A DNA stretch of 62,947 nucleotides, filler included, from Collodictyon triciliatum (lineage: Eukaryota): assembly GCA_043381765.1 (NCBI GenBank). It is 9 parts of 9 records of this genome, joined end to end, with 100 filler letters (N's around TTAATTAATTAA, not from the genome) between each part and the next. Parts side by side here need not be neighbours in the genome. Positions count along the whole stretch, not along the records: positions 42,041 to 48,942 come from JBHJMP010004175.1; positions 49,043 to 55,940 come from JBHJMP010004176.1; positions 56,041 to 62,947 come from JBHJMP010004177.1; 6 more parts are not named here. One strand, written 5' to 3'. A model generated the notes under the pieces. The model was not told where the DNA came from and made no database searches. It was given only the letters and a program-made list of their open reading frames with translations. The stretch's first letter is position 1; every line of letters begins with the position of its first letter. Positions 43,533 through 56,330 of the stretch are shown piece after piece. Made by a program: the position numbers and the translations under genes.

Positions 43533-45953
43533 TCACATACCCCGCTCGTCAGAGCTTGAGCTGTCTATTTCTCTGCTAAGACAGTACTTAATCTCATATT
43601 TCCCGCTATCGCCCGTTCTGTAGCTATTCGTACCACCATGAGCCCATGACACCTGCCACCAACCCACCTTGAGGCTTTTCACCAAAGTACCATGTTTCCC
43701 TGCTCCGCCGTCTTGGTTCTCCTTGTGTGGCCAATCGGCTGAACGGCAGACTTTGTAACCCACCCTGGCGTTATGGTCGGTGACATTCTGGTCAGCCAGA
43801 TGGTGGGTTGCGTTTCCACTTCCTAAAATTGCTATTGACTTTTTATGATACCACCAAGGTTTGCCCTGTGTTGCTTGGACCTTGTAGGGCTGGTCTGATC
43901 CGTCTATATCGATAATTATCCCTTCATCTCCAGGACGAAGTGGACCCCTATTTGCATCCCCATATTTTTTATATCTCGAGGATAAAGTGACCTTAGTTCC
44001 TACGCTCAATCTTGTGGATGTTAAATTGGCATCCTGATTGGCAAAAACCAAGTCAAAGCAATCATCAGCACCAATCCTGTACTTACCGAGGTAACCATTT
44101 CCCCACTTTACAAGGCACCAACCTTTTTCATAGCACTGTGACTTGAGTTTTCCTATACATCCACTCCCTCCATCCTCATCTCCATATATCCAATGCCGAC
44201 CTCGGCGTACCTTGAATCCCTTTCTCACATTGTTTAATGCCACTTCTATTCCATCGATTTGGCTTGAGTTTCTGTCACTGTGTGAAATTAAATTAAATTA
44301 ATAAATTAAAAAAATTAAAAAAAAGGAAAAAGAGAAGTTGACTTTCAGAACTAATCCTTAGTAGTTCGGTTTCACTTTCAACTGCCCCTGTGAAAGCACA
44401 TTATGGACAGTTTGTACATATATTGCAAAAAAAAAAAAACACGGGAAAAGCTATGTATCTGCCTTTGAGCGACCAAAATTGTAACTCGTGATTTACAAAT
44501 ACATACCTGGTAGATGAACCACTACGATTTGCGCTTTCTGCTATAGCATATCCTGAACGATGGTCCCTCATGTGGGTATATGTTTCCATTCCACGCTGTG
44601 GCGTAAACTCCCCTTGATATTCAGGTTGTAGATAAGTCTGTTGGGCCATGACCTAAGAAAATATCCAGGAAAAATCATTTAAACTAGTCCATTATTTGCT
44701 AGCAACGCAAAATATTTTGGTAGTTGAAAATAATCTACTAATTTGCACTATTTAAGAATAATAATCTTTGGACTACTTACGTTGGTTGTACCACCTGGTC
44801 TCTCAAAACGCCCTTCCATCCCATTCAGGCTGGATGATCTACCTAGAGTCCATGGATTACTCGTAACGGAAGACTGTGGCCGGCTGGAGGGCTCAGGGGG
44901 ATGGATGTATTGTTCGACGTCGTCATGTGTTCTGGTCAGGCCCCGGGTGATTTGGGAAAATGATGGGCGGTGCGTCGAATCGTTCGACCAGCACTTTTGA
45001 ATTAACTTACTCATATTCGTACTCATGTGCTGGATTGAGGAGATGTCTGGTCTTATTTTCTTGTTCACCACAACTTCAAAATAATTTTTCAAGTCCCTTG
45101 GAAAAGCTTGCTTGCCGGTGCACATTTCATACAGAATCACACCGTAAGAAAAAACATCACTTTTCTCTCCTTGGTGGAGGTTGGGTTCATCAAAGACTTC
45201 AGGACTAATGTATCCCCACGATCCTTTGATTTCAATAGAGACCGAGTCGGCGCCAGGTCCACCTGGATTCGCATTTAGCTGCTTCGCCATCCCAAAGTCT
45301 GTAATTTTTGCCACCAACCGATAAGAATTGGTCTGCATATCGTGAGACCTCGTCATGAGTATATTTTGAGGCTTCAAATCTCGATGGGATATGTTGTAGG
45401 TTTTGATGAGGTATTCCATACCGCACGATATCTGCGATCCGTACTCGTATACCTTTGGGATGTCAAGAGGCTCTTGGCTCTCAAAAATAAGTTTGAACAG
45501 ACTACCTTCATCGGCATACTCTAGCACCATCCCATACTTTTCCTCTATGAAACAAAAACCGTAGCACTTGATGATGTAAGGATGGGTAATTCGAACCATG
45601 AAATCGGCTTCTTTTCGTAGCTCTTCTATTTTATTGCCATCCATAAGGAATTTTATAGCTACAGTTGTGAGTCCGTGTAGCTTTCCCATCGTAACGACTC
45701 CAAATCCACCTTCGCCTAATTTCTTTCCCTTTTTTAAGCTGGACCCATCGTATAATGGAATTTCCATCTGCCTAAACGCACGCCTAGGAGTGAAATATCA
45801 GATAGGATATGGTTGCGATGAAAAAGAAGGGGAAGGCGAGAGAACATTTTTGAGGAGAGGCTGCAGGTAGATTTTCTTTTCCTGAGGTTGCTTGCTCTTG
45901 TGTTTCCGCTTCTACCAGGCGTCGCAGTTATGACGGGCCGATTCTAGTGCCAT
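43533..45953 (-). CDS. TKL-group protein kinase with C-terminal Mib/HERC2, SH3-like and Mib/HERC2 domains
   Basis: GEGGFG, VAIK, HRDLKPQN, DFG, GSWGYISPE, DVFSYG, CW...RPSF. Downstream KGFKVRRGRHWIYGDEDGG...VKWGNGYLGKYRIGADDCFDL and VGYKVCRSADW...QDGG...VSWAHGGTNSYRTG. An in-frame GT-AG path links them through exon 44652-44507. Start and 3' end are tentative. Confidence 0.8.
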
Positions 45954-46583
45954 GGTATCATTTTCGAAATGTTGGTGATGTCCATCTTCCAACAGTATAT
46001 ACGACCAAATATATGTTCTTTGGGGATATGTATTTATATTTTTTCCAATTAGGCAATGGTCCAGCTTCGCATTAGTTAATTTATTTTATTTTTTTTAAAA
46101 AAAAATAATAATATTGATATAAAAATATATTTGAATAAAAGTGCGCAGAAAATTTAGCACAACATGTCCATTTTCTAACAGCTTTAACCACGTCAGGTGC
46201 TGCCTTCATCGCCCGGAGATTAATCAAACCAACCGGAAGAGAACAAACGCTTGATTGAGCCAAGCATCGGTAACTTAGCTCGGATGGGTTTTTATGACAT
46301 CCATGCTATCAGGGCTAAGGTATCTGCGAAGTAAACTTCTATCGTAGCATTTTCCTTTGTCTTCTCCCTGTGTTTTCATGTATCGATTCCTGGCTCATTT
46401 TCGTCTCCTGTCAGCATAGAATTAAACAAGGTAGCTGGTAAGGTGAGCTGGAGAAAAATACCAGCAAGAGGTGGAATTGGCTGCCTGTCCCCACCAGAGC
46501 TCAATAAGCACTGATCTCCTTTCAAATATGCGGCAAATAGCAGACTTAAGACACCTCAGGGAGTAGTAGATGTATTAGGAGAT

Positions 46584-46639
46584 TTTTTCCCTTTATTCGT
46601 TTCAAAGTGTAGCGAGGTTATGCCATACAAAGCGTTGTG
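46584..46639 (-). mobile_element. Family A retro-insertion copy 3 with 9-bp TSD
   Basis: CTTTGTATGGCATAACCTCGCTACACTTTGAAACGAATAAAGGG-A-tail flanked by TTAGGAGAT at 46575-46583 and 46640-46648. Confidence 0.75.
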
Positions 46640-47469
46640 TTAGGAGATAATGGCGTGAGTGGTCTTGGTATAAATGTACTAGTAATTTTCTTTCACTAGG
46701 TTTCATTCACTTACTGTACTTCACTTACCTGAGTCTATTGCATTTCATTTTATCATATGATATTACATCGTATGAATTTCATTGACCCGCAACATCACTG
46801 TGCATACCACCACACCAATATCTGTCAAAAATACAAATCACACCAATCGTTGAATACCATTAGCACTATCGCGCAACTACTCTTTCATACGTCATGGATA
46901 CCAACCACGTTATTTTTTTCTTGTCTCCCTTTCACCCGCACCACATTCTACTTGCCGAGCTTCCTTCGTAGCCGCAGAACGCTCACACAAACACACGCAT
47001 AGTATCAACCAGGTCTCGTTCTGTTGCTTCTCGCTTTCCCTCTGTTTTCTTCTTGGTTTCCCCCTTTCTTCACACACAACAAGCTCGAGAAATAAACAAC
47101 GACACAGCACGAACCAGTCACGCACACGCATAGAAAAAACCAAACCTGTCAAAGTCTTTGGCTATGAAATGTGTGGGTGGCTGATTCAATACTAATCGAA
47201 CACGACACAAAAGTTTAACACCTTTATTTATTTATTTATTTATTTATGTACTTAATTGTTTATATGTTTATTTATAGGTAAGGTTTTTTTTTTTTTTTTT
47301 GATAAACATTAAAGTCTTGATCACACCTTTATCATTTATCCTTTTTTTTTTTTTTTGGCAATTATAACAACATCAAAGATCATAACGAGGCTTCTGATAC
47401 ACAATGAAAGAAGGGAAAAACAGACCATAAAAGGCCTCCAAAAACCCTCCCGCGCCTGCAGGCAAAGCC

Positions 47470-47927
47470 ATGAATCTGCCGCCGCAGCAACTGAGTCAGC
47501 CACGCACGTCCTTCTCGGGCGCACTGCTCCACACAACGGCGCCGCTGCGCCCACAAACAACCACCAACTCAGCCGCCGCCCACCCAAACAGTCCCGCGCG
47601 TCGTTCTCTGCCGTCCATGATTCTTCCTTTGCAAAACACAACCGGGCAGGCCGATCAGTTCAGACGCCCTTTTGCCTCTCAGACTCTCATCGGGCCGATC
47701 GAAGGCCGCTACATCCCCTTCGAAAACCATCGCGTTTCCTCCTTCGGTCAACCTCAACCTCAACCTCAACCTCAACCTCAACCTCAACCTCAACCTCAAC
47801 CTCAACCTCAACCTCAAACTCAGACGCAGACTCAGACTGTTGTGCGAAACTCTGTGGATCAGCCCAGAAGTCGATTGCGTCAGCCATCCCCGGCTCAATC
47901 TCGCAGCCAGACTAATGAGACAACTTC

Positions 47928-48000
<73 letters not shown>

Positions 48001-48854
48001 AGAAGCATATTGTCTCAGCCTTCGCCAACCCCGACACAGCCATTACTTTCTAGAGTTCCTTCTGATGCTGGTGGCAAAGAACGCTTCAAGTCGACGATGT
48101 CATTCGAGATTGCTGCAAGGAAGGTTGGAATAGAGAGCAATGCTTATAAAGGTAAGGTTATTTCTAGCGATGATAAAAATAAGGAAGTATTTATTTATTT
48201 ATTTATTCCTTTCGCCCCCCAAAAAAATTAGATTCAGTCGCCCCTGAAATACATCGAATTGAAGTCATCAGCACGGGAAAGTATCATACCTCCCCCTTGG
48301 CCGTTCGAGCCGAGTTTGTTGGTGGGAAAGAAGGCAATAGCCTAGTCTTGTGGTATCGGTATGTTGAGGACTCATCAAAGTCTAAACTGGGTCAGTACAT
48401 TTTTTTTTCCTTTCCTTCATTTTTTTTTTGTGTCCTCTTTTAAATGTCAGGATTTCTTGGATAGCATCGGTAGTATGACCAGCAATGAATAATCCTCCCA
48501 TAGATGTGACGTGTAACCCGATTTTATATTTAATTGTAGTCGGGAAAGGGTTCACTTTCTATCCCTGCGCCGATGATATCCATTCCAAAATCAGAGCTGA
48601 GTATACCCCTGTTGACGAGTTTGGTGTCAGTGGACAAACTCGAATATGCCATGTCAAAGACTCTCTCCTTGAAATAGGTTTTTTTTATTTCGACATACAC
48701 GCGTTATTTTAAACTTAAATCGAATAATCCAAAATTTTAAGAAAGGAAGAGGAGAAATCAAAGAGAAATTCAGTATTAATATTTGCACTGTGAAGACCCA
48801 GCGGTAGGTTTGGCTGTGGAAGAGAATGTACGGAATAAAGAGGCCGTCTTTGAG
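47470..48854 (+). CDS. Protein with (QP)n and polyQ N-terminus followed by an AIR9 A9/SCAB-like Ig domain; 3' truncated
   Basis: FVGGKEGNSLVLWYR; FTFYPCADDIHSKIRAEYTPVDEFGVSG; DPAVGLAVEENVRNKEAVFE. Confidence 0.65.
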
Positions 48855-49042
48855 GCAAGTTCTGATACTTTCTTCTCTAGAGAAAAAAATGCAAATTTAG
48901 AGTTTTATTTTTTTTTTTTTTTTTATTATCAATATTTTTTTTNNNNNNNNNNNNNNNNNNNNNNNNNNNNNNNNNNNNNNNNNNNNTTAATTAATTAANN
49001 NNNNNNNNNNNNNNNNNNNNNNNNNNNNNNNNNNNNNNNNNN

Positions 49043-50249
49043 CCCGGTCGTTCAAAAAGACATTGAGATCAACAAGCCATCCATGCTGCTCTCATATCTT
49101 CAAAAAGAAATGATTCCATCAGCCCAGCCAATCCAGAAAATCGCCCCAACACCAGTGGAGGACACAAAGGTCTCTTTTCTTAAAGATGTATTTGAAAAGA
49201 TGGAGTATGATAGAGATTCCTTTGATGTTACCATCAGAGATACAAAATCAAAGCTTGTGTCTTACAAAAAAGACATCAATGACACCTTTTCAAGATTCCA
49301 GGATTTGATCAAAGAGCTGGACAACGAGATGCATTCATATGCAAACGAAGGTAAATCAAAGCTAACCCATAGCTTTGGAATGGATCAATTCAAATTAAGT
49401 CTGGTCAATAAGCTTACAATAGCTTATCACCATTGCACGGGTGACTTGCACAAGATGAGAACAAGTATCGGAATAGAGATGATGCAGTTCCAAGACTCCT
49501 TCAATCTGCTTGAATTCAAATGCAGAAGCAGCAACGACTTCATGTCCATGGATATGAGCACCGGATGGACTCAAAGTGCCAAGGACTTGTACCAAGAAAA
49601 AAACTACAAGATGAATCAATCCATCGTATCTTTGAACACAAGTGTCATGAATCTGATGAACGAAGACATGGCCGATACCTTGCGACTACTGGAAGATTGC
49701 ATCCAAAAGATATCCACACTGAAATCAAAAACATCTACAAGCTATCTTACTTACAAAGCCCCAGCAGCTCAAGCTTTGGGAGTTCCGTCGATGAGTCCTG
49801 CCATTACAGCGAATGTCATACCACCCAAACCCAAAGAACAACAAAAACCTCAACAAATAACAATTCAAAATGGTTAGTTTTTATTAAAATCATATCTGTC
49901 TTACATTTCATCATTATTTTTATGAATGATTCGTGATGACTTACTTTCTAAGGTAAAAAAAAACTATTCAGATGATTCGGATGACTTCATCAACGATAAT
50001 GATTTCAAGATCCCTATGAAAACAAGGAAATGGAGTAGGGGAGGTGGTAGAAGCGGGAAGAAGCCAAACCCATACGATAAGTACAGAGATCAAATGATTG
50101 TTCGCGAAAGAAGCGAGAAGACTCACAGCATTCTTAGTACACAGGAATCTGTATGCGACTCCCAGGAAGATCCGACATATCACCCAAGAGCACCATCTTC
50201 ATCCTATAGGACTTTGAAGAAAACAGTCGTCAAAGGCTCCAAAAACTAG
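49043..50249 (+). CDS. 3' part of a hypothetical helical/coiled-coil protein with basic, low-complexity tail
   Basis: Frame open from the scaffold start for about 275 codons; a phase-1 intron (about 49873-49971) joins it to DDSDDFIND...VKGSKN*. Confidence 0.55.
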
Positions 50250-51548
50250 AGGCAATGAAGCCTTGAAGCAAGCATGAGCCCTACGAATACGTCTGGACTC
50301 ATGAAAAACAAAAGAAAGAAATCATCGTATGCTGGGAAAAAATCTCAAATGAAAGAAAAAAACAAGAAACAGGAAACATAAAACAATTTTAAAAAAAATA
50401 CCAACACTCTATCAAAACTCTTTCCAAGAAAACGCGATAAATGTTGCTGTTTTTTTAAAAATAAAAACTCCTTTCCTGTCATCCACCAGCAAACCATCAG
50501 CTCCAAACCGAAATAAAAACAAAAAAAAAACAAAATTTAAAAAAAACTAGTTTTGATCGAGATCTGTATTATAACGATGAATACTCGAATGAATGCACTA
50601 CCTGTTGATCCTTTATGTTTGTATATGAAGATATTTTCATACTTTGTTTACTTTGGCACATTTTGTACGCCTTTTAATCCAATGAAATCGAAATGTTTTC
50701 CTTCCATTGAGCTTGAATGGTGAATACTCGCAGATCTTTAATAGAATAATTGGTCATTTTCCAGCTACTTTATTCATACATAATAATGATGGAAACAAAC
50801 GCTGCAACACATCGATGTCTTCTAGATCTGTATCCGATTGTTTTTATTCCAAGACTGATCAGGAGAAACCTGGTTTTTCGTGCAATATCAACCTGACCAG
50901 TTCAAGAAATTGGCCTTGAAGTCTTTCTATCTGCCTCTGTACAAGATTGAGAGGAAGAATTAAAAAAATATTTGCACTCCGTGTTAAAAGCGAAAAGTAA
51001 ATTTGTGTAGAGCCTAACCCATTTCGCGTAGAAAATAGCAATATATTCTTGATCATCTCATAAATCGCATAATATTCCCGAAAGCATCTGGATATGAAGC
51101 AGGTAAGCTTGATGATTATTTTTACAATCAGACTCAATACTCTCTTGAATAAACTTTGAGGAAGAATTACAACCAAGATGGGTTTCGGACTTGGTTTTCT
51201 TGTTATCATTTTATCGCAATGTAATATATATATATATACTCGATGAATATAATCAAAAATTATCGGAATGCAAGAGGTTTCATAAACTTTACAAAAATGA
51301 ATAATTGAAAAATCAAACAAGGAGCACATACATAGTTAATAAAATAATGGGATCATAAATTGAACAGAGAATCGAGATTCGATACGACAAACAAAGGATA
51401 ATGGGTATATTTAAAATAAACTTATGTTGGGAGCAATGAATACGAAGTGTAATATTTCCATACCCTTCTGCTCCATTTTCGCTCCTCTACACGAATCTGT
51501 GCTCACCTGCACTTCAAAAATCCTCCTCTTTTTCTCTTGTTCTTCTCT

Positions 51549-51950
51549 CCGTTCCTTGGTCGATCCCCTCTGCTCCATCTCATCCCATCTGATCTCCGTT
51601 CCTTGGTCGATTCCCTCTGCTTCATCTCATCCCATCTTCTGATCTCCGTTCCTTGGTCGGTGCCATCTCGGGTTTTGCTACTATCTCCTCTCTGTTCCTC
51701 ATTCGCTAACCTCTTCGTTCTTTGGTCTCTGCCTAACCCGGGTTTCTGTATCATCTCCTCTGCGTTCCTTGGTCGCTGCCATCTCGGGTTTCGCTATCAT
51801 CTCCTCTAAGTTCCTTTATTGATCTCATCTCGGGTTTTTCTATCATCTCATCTGCGTTCCTTGGTCGCTGCCATCTCTGTTTCATTACAGCTATTCACTT
51901 TCCTTGGTATATTAAATATCTCTTTATATTATGATCGTGATATCCTTGGT
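51549..51950. repeat. Imperfect minisatellite, units about 45-50 bp, core CGTTCCTTGGTCG...CATCTC
   Basis: About 8-9 units that decay toward the right. Confidence 0.85.
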
Positions 51951-52233
51951 TGATACCTTGCATCTACACTGAGATACATTCTTTACATACGATTGCATTG
52001 GTCGAACCCCTTTGTGGTAACTGATTATTACCCTTCATCAGCCATTTAAATAGTCTCTCTGTCTCATAAGAACAATAAAAAACCATAAAACATAAGAAAT
52101 AAAAGGCTTTTTTTTTATAAAATATACAAATATTTCAATGCATAAAAGTATATAAACCGTATATCCGAGGGTTTCCTTTGGATTCTATACAATAATAAAT
52201 GATGGAGATAAAACTAAATATATTTTTATCACA

Positions 52234-52349
52234 CTGCGACTGCGACTGCGACTGCGCCTGCGCTGCGACTGCGACCGCGCCCCTTGCGACTGCGACCGCG
52301 CCTGCGACTGCGACTGCGACTGCGACTGCGACCGCGCCGCGCCGCGCCG
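52234..52349. repeat. GC-rich (TGCGAC)n/(CGCGC) microsatellite
   Basis: Seen directly in the sequence. Confidence 0.9.
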
Positions 52350-53183
52350 ATGCGTTTTCCTCGGCTTCAATTGCAATACCGCTTCGCGGTAAGGAAGAGA
52401 GGGAGGGAAAGAGAGAGAGGGAAAAAGGGGTATTCTTTATATAAATTAGGCGTATCGTTTCGTTTTTATTGAATCCTTTCGGTGTCCGCGCCTCATGCTA
52501 CGTTCGACTGCGACTCGCTTGATCGCTCGCCCTACGGGTTCTCCATTGTTGCGTACTATTTTAAAAAGCGAAAAAACAACTCCGGGCCCCTAAAGGGGAC
52601 CCCCCCTCCGTATGATTTTTCGGATTTTTAAAATGAACTCCACAATTCCGAATCTTGCTCACTACGCGAATCTTCGGCTGAGCGGACACCTCAGGATTCA
52701 ATTGCAAACTTCACTTTCTCTTTCTAATTTATAGAATTGCAACCCCCTTTATGTTGTTATTAGCATAATCGCCGCACACATCAAGTTACCCTCCATGCAT
52801 GCATATAACCCAAACAAGAACAATCAAAATTATTAAAAGTTAAAAAAAAAGATACATTATCATGGATAATTAAATAAAAATACCTGTAAGTAATTGAACG
52901 AGTGGAAGACTACAAGTGGAGGGAATGTATCCGAAATGTGAAAATACAAATACAGAAGAATGTTATATTCGAAAAGTAAAATAACAAAGAAAAATACAAA
53001 GGATTATGGGCGTGATAGTAAATATATAAGAGGAGTAAAGATACTGTAGAGCAGAGTCAGATATAAATACATTTGAGGACACAAATTCATCAAATACATA
53101 CATGGTAAAGAAAATGGAGAGGAAAAGAAAATACAGGCAAGGAAGCAAAGATTTTTGTAAAGTTTGACATAAAAATCACAATA

Positions 53184-53365
53184 GAGAGAAGAAAAAACAA
53201 AGCATAGAGCAATCATAGAGAAGAAAAAACAAAGCATAGAGCAATCAGAGTACATAAAAAACCAAAGAGAGGAATCATAGAGAAGAAAAAAAACAAAGCA
53301 TAGAGCAATCAGAGAGAAGAAAAAACAAAGCATAGAGCAATCAGAGAGAATAAGAAAAACCAAAG
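53184..53365. repeat. Tandem repeat, units about 30 bp (GAGAAGAAAAAACAAAGCATAGAGCAATCA)
   Basis: About 5-6 imperfect copies. Confidence 0.85.
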
Positions 53366-55815
53366 GGAGGAAGGAAGAAAAGCAGAAATCACACTATTTT
53401 CACATTCAATTGGATAGTATGTGTATACATAGCATCATTAATAATATGCCATATCGATATACCTTACATTGATCGACTTACACAAAGTACGTGTGCGTAT
53501 CTGAAATGGTCACCGAGATCACAGAAATCTTGACAGCCTCCTCATCTGGTGACTATAACACATATATTTATGTATATTCTTGTATATCATGTAACTCTAA
53601 TGTCGTAATGCATTGTTTTGATCTCCTTGCGCGAGGCAGAAAAGTGTGGTTTTGGATGCGTAGGATGCACTTTTTTTTTGTATTCAGCCTATATGCATCC
53701 TCTATATACACAGAGGCTACTCATGAATGCATCAGAACCTATAGTAGAGTATATAGGTAGGTGCAGTTTGATGAGATATATCGTTTCTTAAACCCAGAAT
53801 AGCTTCAAGATATGTACAAAGCATAAGAAAAATATATTAAAAAAAGTTTCCGCATTAGGTGAGGGTGTGTTATGGAGGTGACTTTTTTTTTTGGTGGACG
53901 AGCCTCAAATGCAACTCATTGATTTTTATATGGATCGGACTGCTGATCACTCTGCTTGTATACACGACCTAGTTATATCTAAATATGTAGTCGAATTAGA
54001 GTTATGAACAATATTGATGTCATTCGGATAGATGCTGATGACCCAAATTTTGATCACTACAGATACATATGATACACATGAACTGTTCAATGAGATCAAA
54101 AAAAAATCTGATGCATATAAAACCATGCAAATATCACGCAAAAAAAAGCATTTATATAGTCTAATAGACATTCAGATCATTGTTTTTTAAAGCATACCAT
54201 ATCAATATCTCTTATATTGACGCAATTACACAAGGCACGGAAATATGATGGAAGGGACTGGTCAAGTATCGAAACGTGCATAGCTTCTTTGATAACGTCA
54301 CACAATATAAAAAAATATACTCACTATGGTTGTATAGTTGAATATGTAGAGGGTATCAAAAAAGGATCACAAATCATACCCTGTATGTGTATCCGTTCAA
54401 TCTGGATCCCACAGCCTATACACCTGGACTAGTCAAAAAAAACTAGTAATTACCTATGGGCGGTCAGGAACGCACATGTAATCCTATGTTTTATATACAG
54501 ATTTTTTTATAGGTGATACAATTATAGTACAGTAGAAATATAATAGTCTTTACTTATATGAATAGTATTGAAGGGCGTTTATAAGGTGAACATATACGTA
54601 AGCGGGGCTAAGAGGAATCGACAAGACTCAAGACGTGTGGTTTTTCTTAGTGATTTAATTTGTCGAGAAAAAAAGGATCCTTCGCTCACACAAAAAAAGG
54701 GGTCATAGTAAGGGTTCTCTAAAAGTACAAAATACGAAACACGAAATAAAGAATAAAACAAAAGAATAGAATTGCAAATTATAATTAAATAAGGTGCAGA
54801 ATATATAAAATGACTATAAATAAGACAATATGTAAGAGAAAGTAGCAAATATAGAAAAAATCAGATCAAAAAGCGAAATATATCCAATAGAGAATGTAAA
54901 ATTAATAGTAAAAGAATAAAAAAAAATAACAGGAATAAAAAGCAAGTGACAAGAAACATCAAGAAACGAATAGTGATAAAAAACAAGAAGAAAAGAAAAA
55001 AAGAAAAGAATTTGACAGAAACAGGGTCAAGAAACGACAAGCAAGTGATAAGGAACAGCTAGCAATGGATAGTGAATAATAAAAAGAGAACAAGCTATAA
55101 AAGAAAAAAATGATAAAAACAAGTTGTAGAAAAAGAGAGCAACGAGAAACGAGAAACGAGAAACGAGAAAAGAGAAACGAGAAATAAGAAACGAGAAATA
55201 AGAAACGAGAAACGAGAAACGAGAAATAAGAAACGAGAAATAAGAAACGAGAAACGAGAAACGAGAAACGAGAAACGAACAACAAACAATGAAAAATGAA
55301 CAGGAAACAAGTATCGAGGATCAAGGAGCGTGAAGCAGGAGAAAAGAGAACAGATATAAAAAACAAAATGATAAAAAATTAACAAGCACAAGGAACAAAT
55401 ACTGATCAGCGAAGAGCAAGAATGACAGTATTGAATATTAAAATAATAAAAGAAAAAAGAGAGAGCAGAAAAACAACAAAAAATAATAAAAAGGCTCAAA
55501 AATCATGTGCGCAAGTATGAAAAAGAAATGTATATGTGGTTTTTGTTTGAAAAAGAGAGATAGTAGTATTAAGACAAGAAAAGAAAAAAACGAAGCAATA
55601 CAAAACAAAACAAAACAATCAAAATGTAAATATTTATTTATAAAAAATAAGCAAATAAATAAAAAAAACCTTCAGAAGGTACTGCAGTCAAGAAGGTGAC
55701 AGTGCAGTTGTATGATTGAAAACCAGGTTCATCTAAAACAGGAAAGAAATTATCAATATAGAAATATTACTTTGGCAATGTGTTCTTTGAATATATTAGA
55801 ATATGCTCAGGATGA

Positions 55816-55910
55816 ACATAGCCCTGCCGGCCGGTCAAAAATTTGGAGCGAGATGAACGGTTCATCCCAGGTTCATCCCAATTTACTAATGCCGGCCGGC
55901 GGGGCCATGT
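55816..55910. mobile_element. MITE-like element with 19-bp imperfect terminal inverted repeats
   Basis: ACATAGCCCTGCCGGCCGG ... CCGGCCGGCGGGGCCATGT (two mismatches); internal palindrome GATGAAC-G-GTTCATC; no TSD visible. Confidence 0.5.
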
Positions 55911-56330
55911 ACTGCAAGTATTAGAAGTGACAGAGAATTTNNNNNNNNNNNNNNNNNNNNNNNNNNNNNNNNNNNNNNNNNNNNTTAATTAATTAANNNN
56001 NNNNNNNNNNNNNNNNNNNNNNNNNNNNNNNNNNNNNNNNACAAACAACAAACAACACAAAACAACAAACAACAAACAACAAACAACAAACAACAAACAA
56101 CAAACAACAAACAACAAACAACAAACAACAAACAAAAAACAACAAACAAAAAAAACACAAACAAAAAGTAAACCAAGTGCTCGATACTCAACCGTCAAGG
56201 ACGATTTTGTGTGATGAAAGTCCTTCCTTGTTTTCAATTATCGCCGTCTCTGGTTGCGCAACGAGCAAGGTTGCCTTTGTACTCATTATAATTGCTTGCC
56301 TTTTGACTAGGTGAGAACTTACCCAGCACG

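Noticed and set aside
46274-46319. Stem-loop CTTAGCTC...GGGCTAAG as snoRNA or SECIS
   Set aside because: No convincing box motifs or associated selenoprotein ORF; could be chance.
51549-51950. Possible CRISPR-like array
   Set aside because: Units are similar along their whole length and decay progressively; there are no unique spacers or cas genes, and the context is eukaryotic.
53400-54480. Degenerate coding-like sequence as a transposase or Fanzor/TnpB remnant
   Set aside because: No RuvC, DDE, HUH or helicase motifs are recognisable in the frames I read.
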